This document shows, one piece after another, positions 63,446 to 64,000 of a stretch of DNA of 64,000 bases; position 1 is the first letter of the stretch, and every line of letters starts with the position of its first letter. The stretch covers positions 2,232,001-2,296,000 of the forward strand of contig JBLDXI010000020.1 in assembly GCA_047495785.1 (NCBI GenBank). Reading direction: 5' to 3'. The stretch is from Lepidodermella squamata. Its lineage: Eukaryota > Animalia > Gastrotricha. The position numbers and the translations under genes were made by a program. The notes under the pieces are model-generated. The model was not told the origin of the DNA and made no database searches. It saw only the letters and a program-made list of their open reading frames with translations.

Positions 63446-63884
63446 CCGTAATTCTCAGTATAAAGGCCGCGGCGAGTAATTTTCCTGTTTTTCGAGAAAT
63501 GGGTCAAAATTGCGGCGATTAATCGGGTGCGGTCTTTATTCGAGTGCGGCCCTTATTTTTTCCAAGTTTTGATTTTAATAAGCAGCATGGTATTTCCCCT
63601 AAAACTTAGCTTGCAGGCGTATGCATTAAACAAGGATCACATGATATTTGGTCACTTTCCGACTCATCTAAGGTGAATTTAATCTGTTCGCATACTTGAG
63701 GGTGTCTGGAGTCTATAAAGGATGTCAGCGGGCCGCTTAAGATCACTGAGAGCTAATCGCTTGAACCGTGCGGTGATTAAACATCCATTTATTAACATCC
63801 AAAGTTGGTTTTAAGGGTGATTTTGCGGCGATTATTCAGGTGCGGCCTTTATTCGGGTAGCGGCCTTTATACTGAAAATTACGG
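63446..63884. mobile_element. Tc1/mariner(pogo)-type MITE
   Basis: TIRs ccgtaattctcagtataaaggccgc / gcggcctttatactgaaaattacgg with TA on both sides. Internal gtgcggcc(t)ttatt repeats. Confidence 0.85.
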
Positions 63885-64000
63885 TATATAATGAGATTGC
63901 CCCAAAAATCGAATAAAAATTGGGGGAGAATATAAATAAAGAGGCCTCTTGGACCCAGGGTGACGTCACGGTTCTTGTAAGTGTTCTGCAACAGCCATTC

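Noticed and set aside
1-64000. Prokaryotic system (CRISPR array, defence island, bacterial operon)
   Set aside because: Genes have spliceosomal introns and are animal-type. No regularly spaced repeat-spacer array was seen; the short repeats belong to MITE and MULE ends.

Overview
AT-rich, compact, intron-containing animal (invertebrate-like) genomic DNA. It is not prokaryotic, and there is no CRISPR array or rRNA. Gene models were spliced by eye, so boundaries are approximate. The window holds four nicotinic acetylcholine receptor alpha-type subunit genes, all with YxCC loop C, cut by many ~50-65 nt introns and micro-exons, with PHYHD1 among them. A stand-alone alpha-kinase and a decayed LINE sit between long inverted repeats. 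Next come three tandem ~100-120 aa genes resembling the FAIM C-terminal domain, then two tandem receptor guanylyl cyclases. Further along are a disordered orphan protein, two small Cys-rich single-pass membrane proteins, TMEM104 and the last exon of NUP85. Many MITEs and Mutator elements carry clear TIRs and TSDs. The most interesting signal is the cyclase pair: one copy is canonical ([13 protein letters not shown]), while its neighbour keeps both metal-binding Asp but has lost the catalytic Asn/Arg ([13 protein letters not shown]). That is the same half-site pattern as the soluble GC alpha subunit and suggests a heterodimeric receptor GC. Other leads are the stand-alone FAIM-CTD family, a 6-nt micro-exon inside a channel pore helix, a nAChR subunit with neutralised -1' and 20' rings, and an operon-like NUP85-TMEM104 junction.
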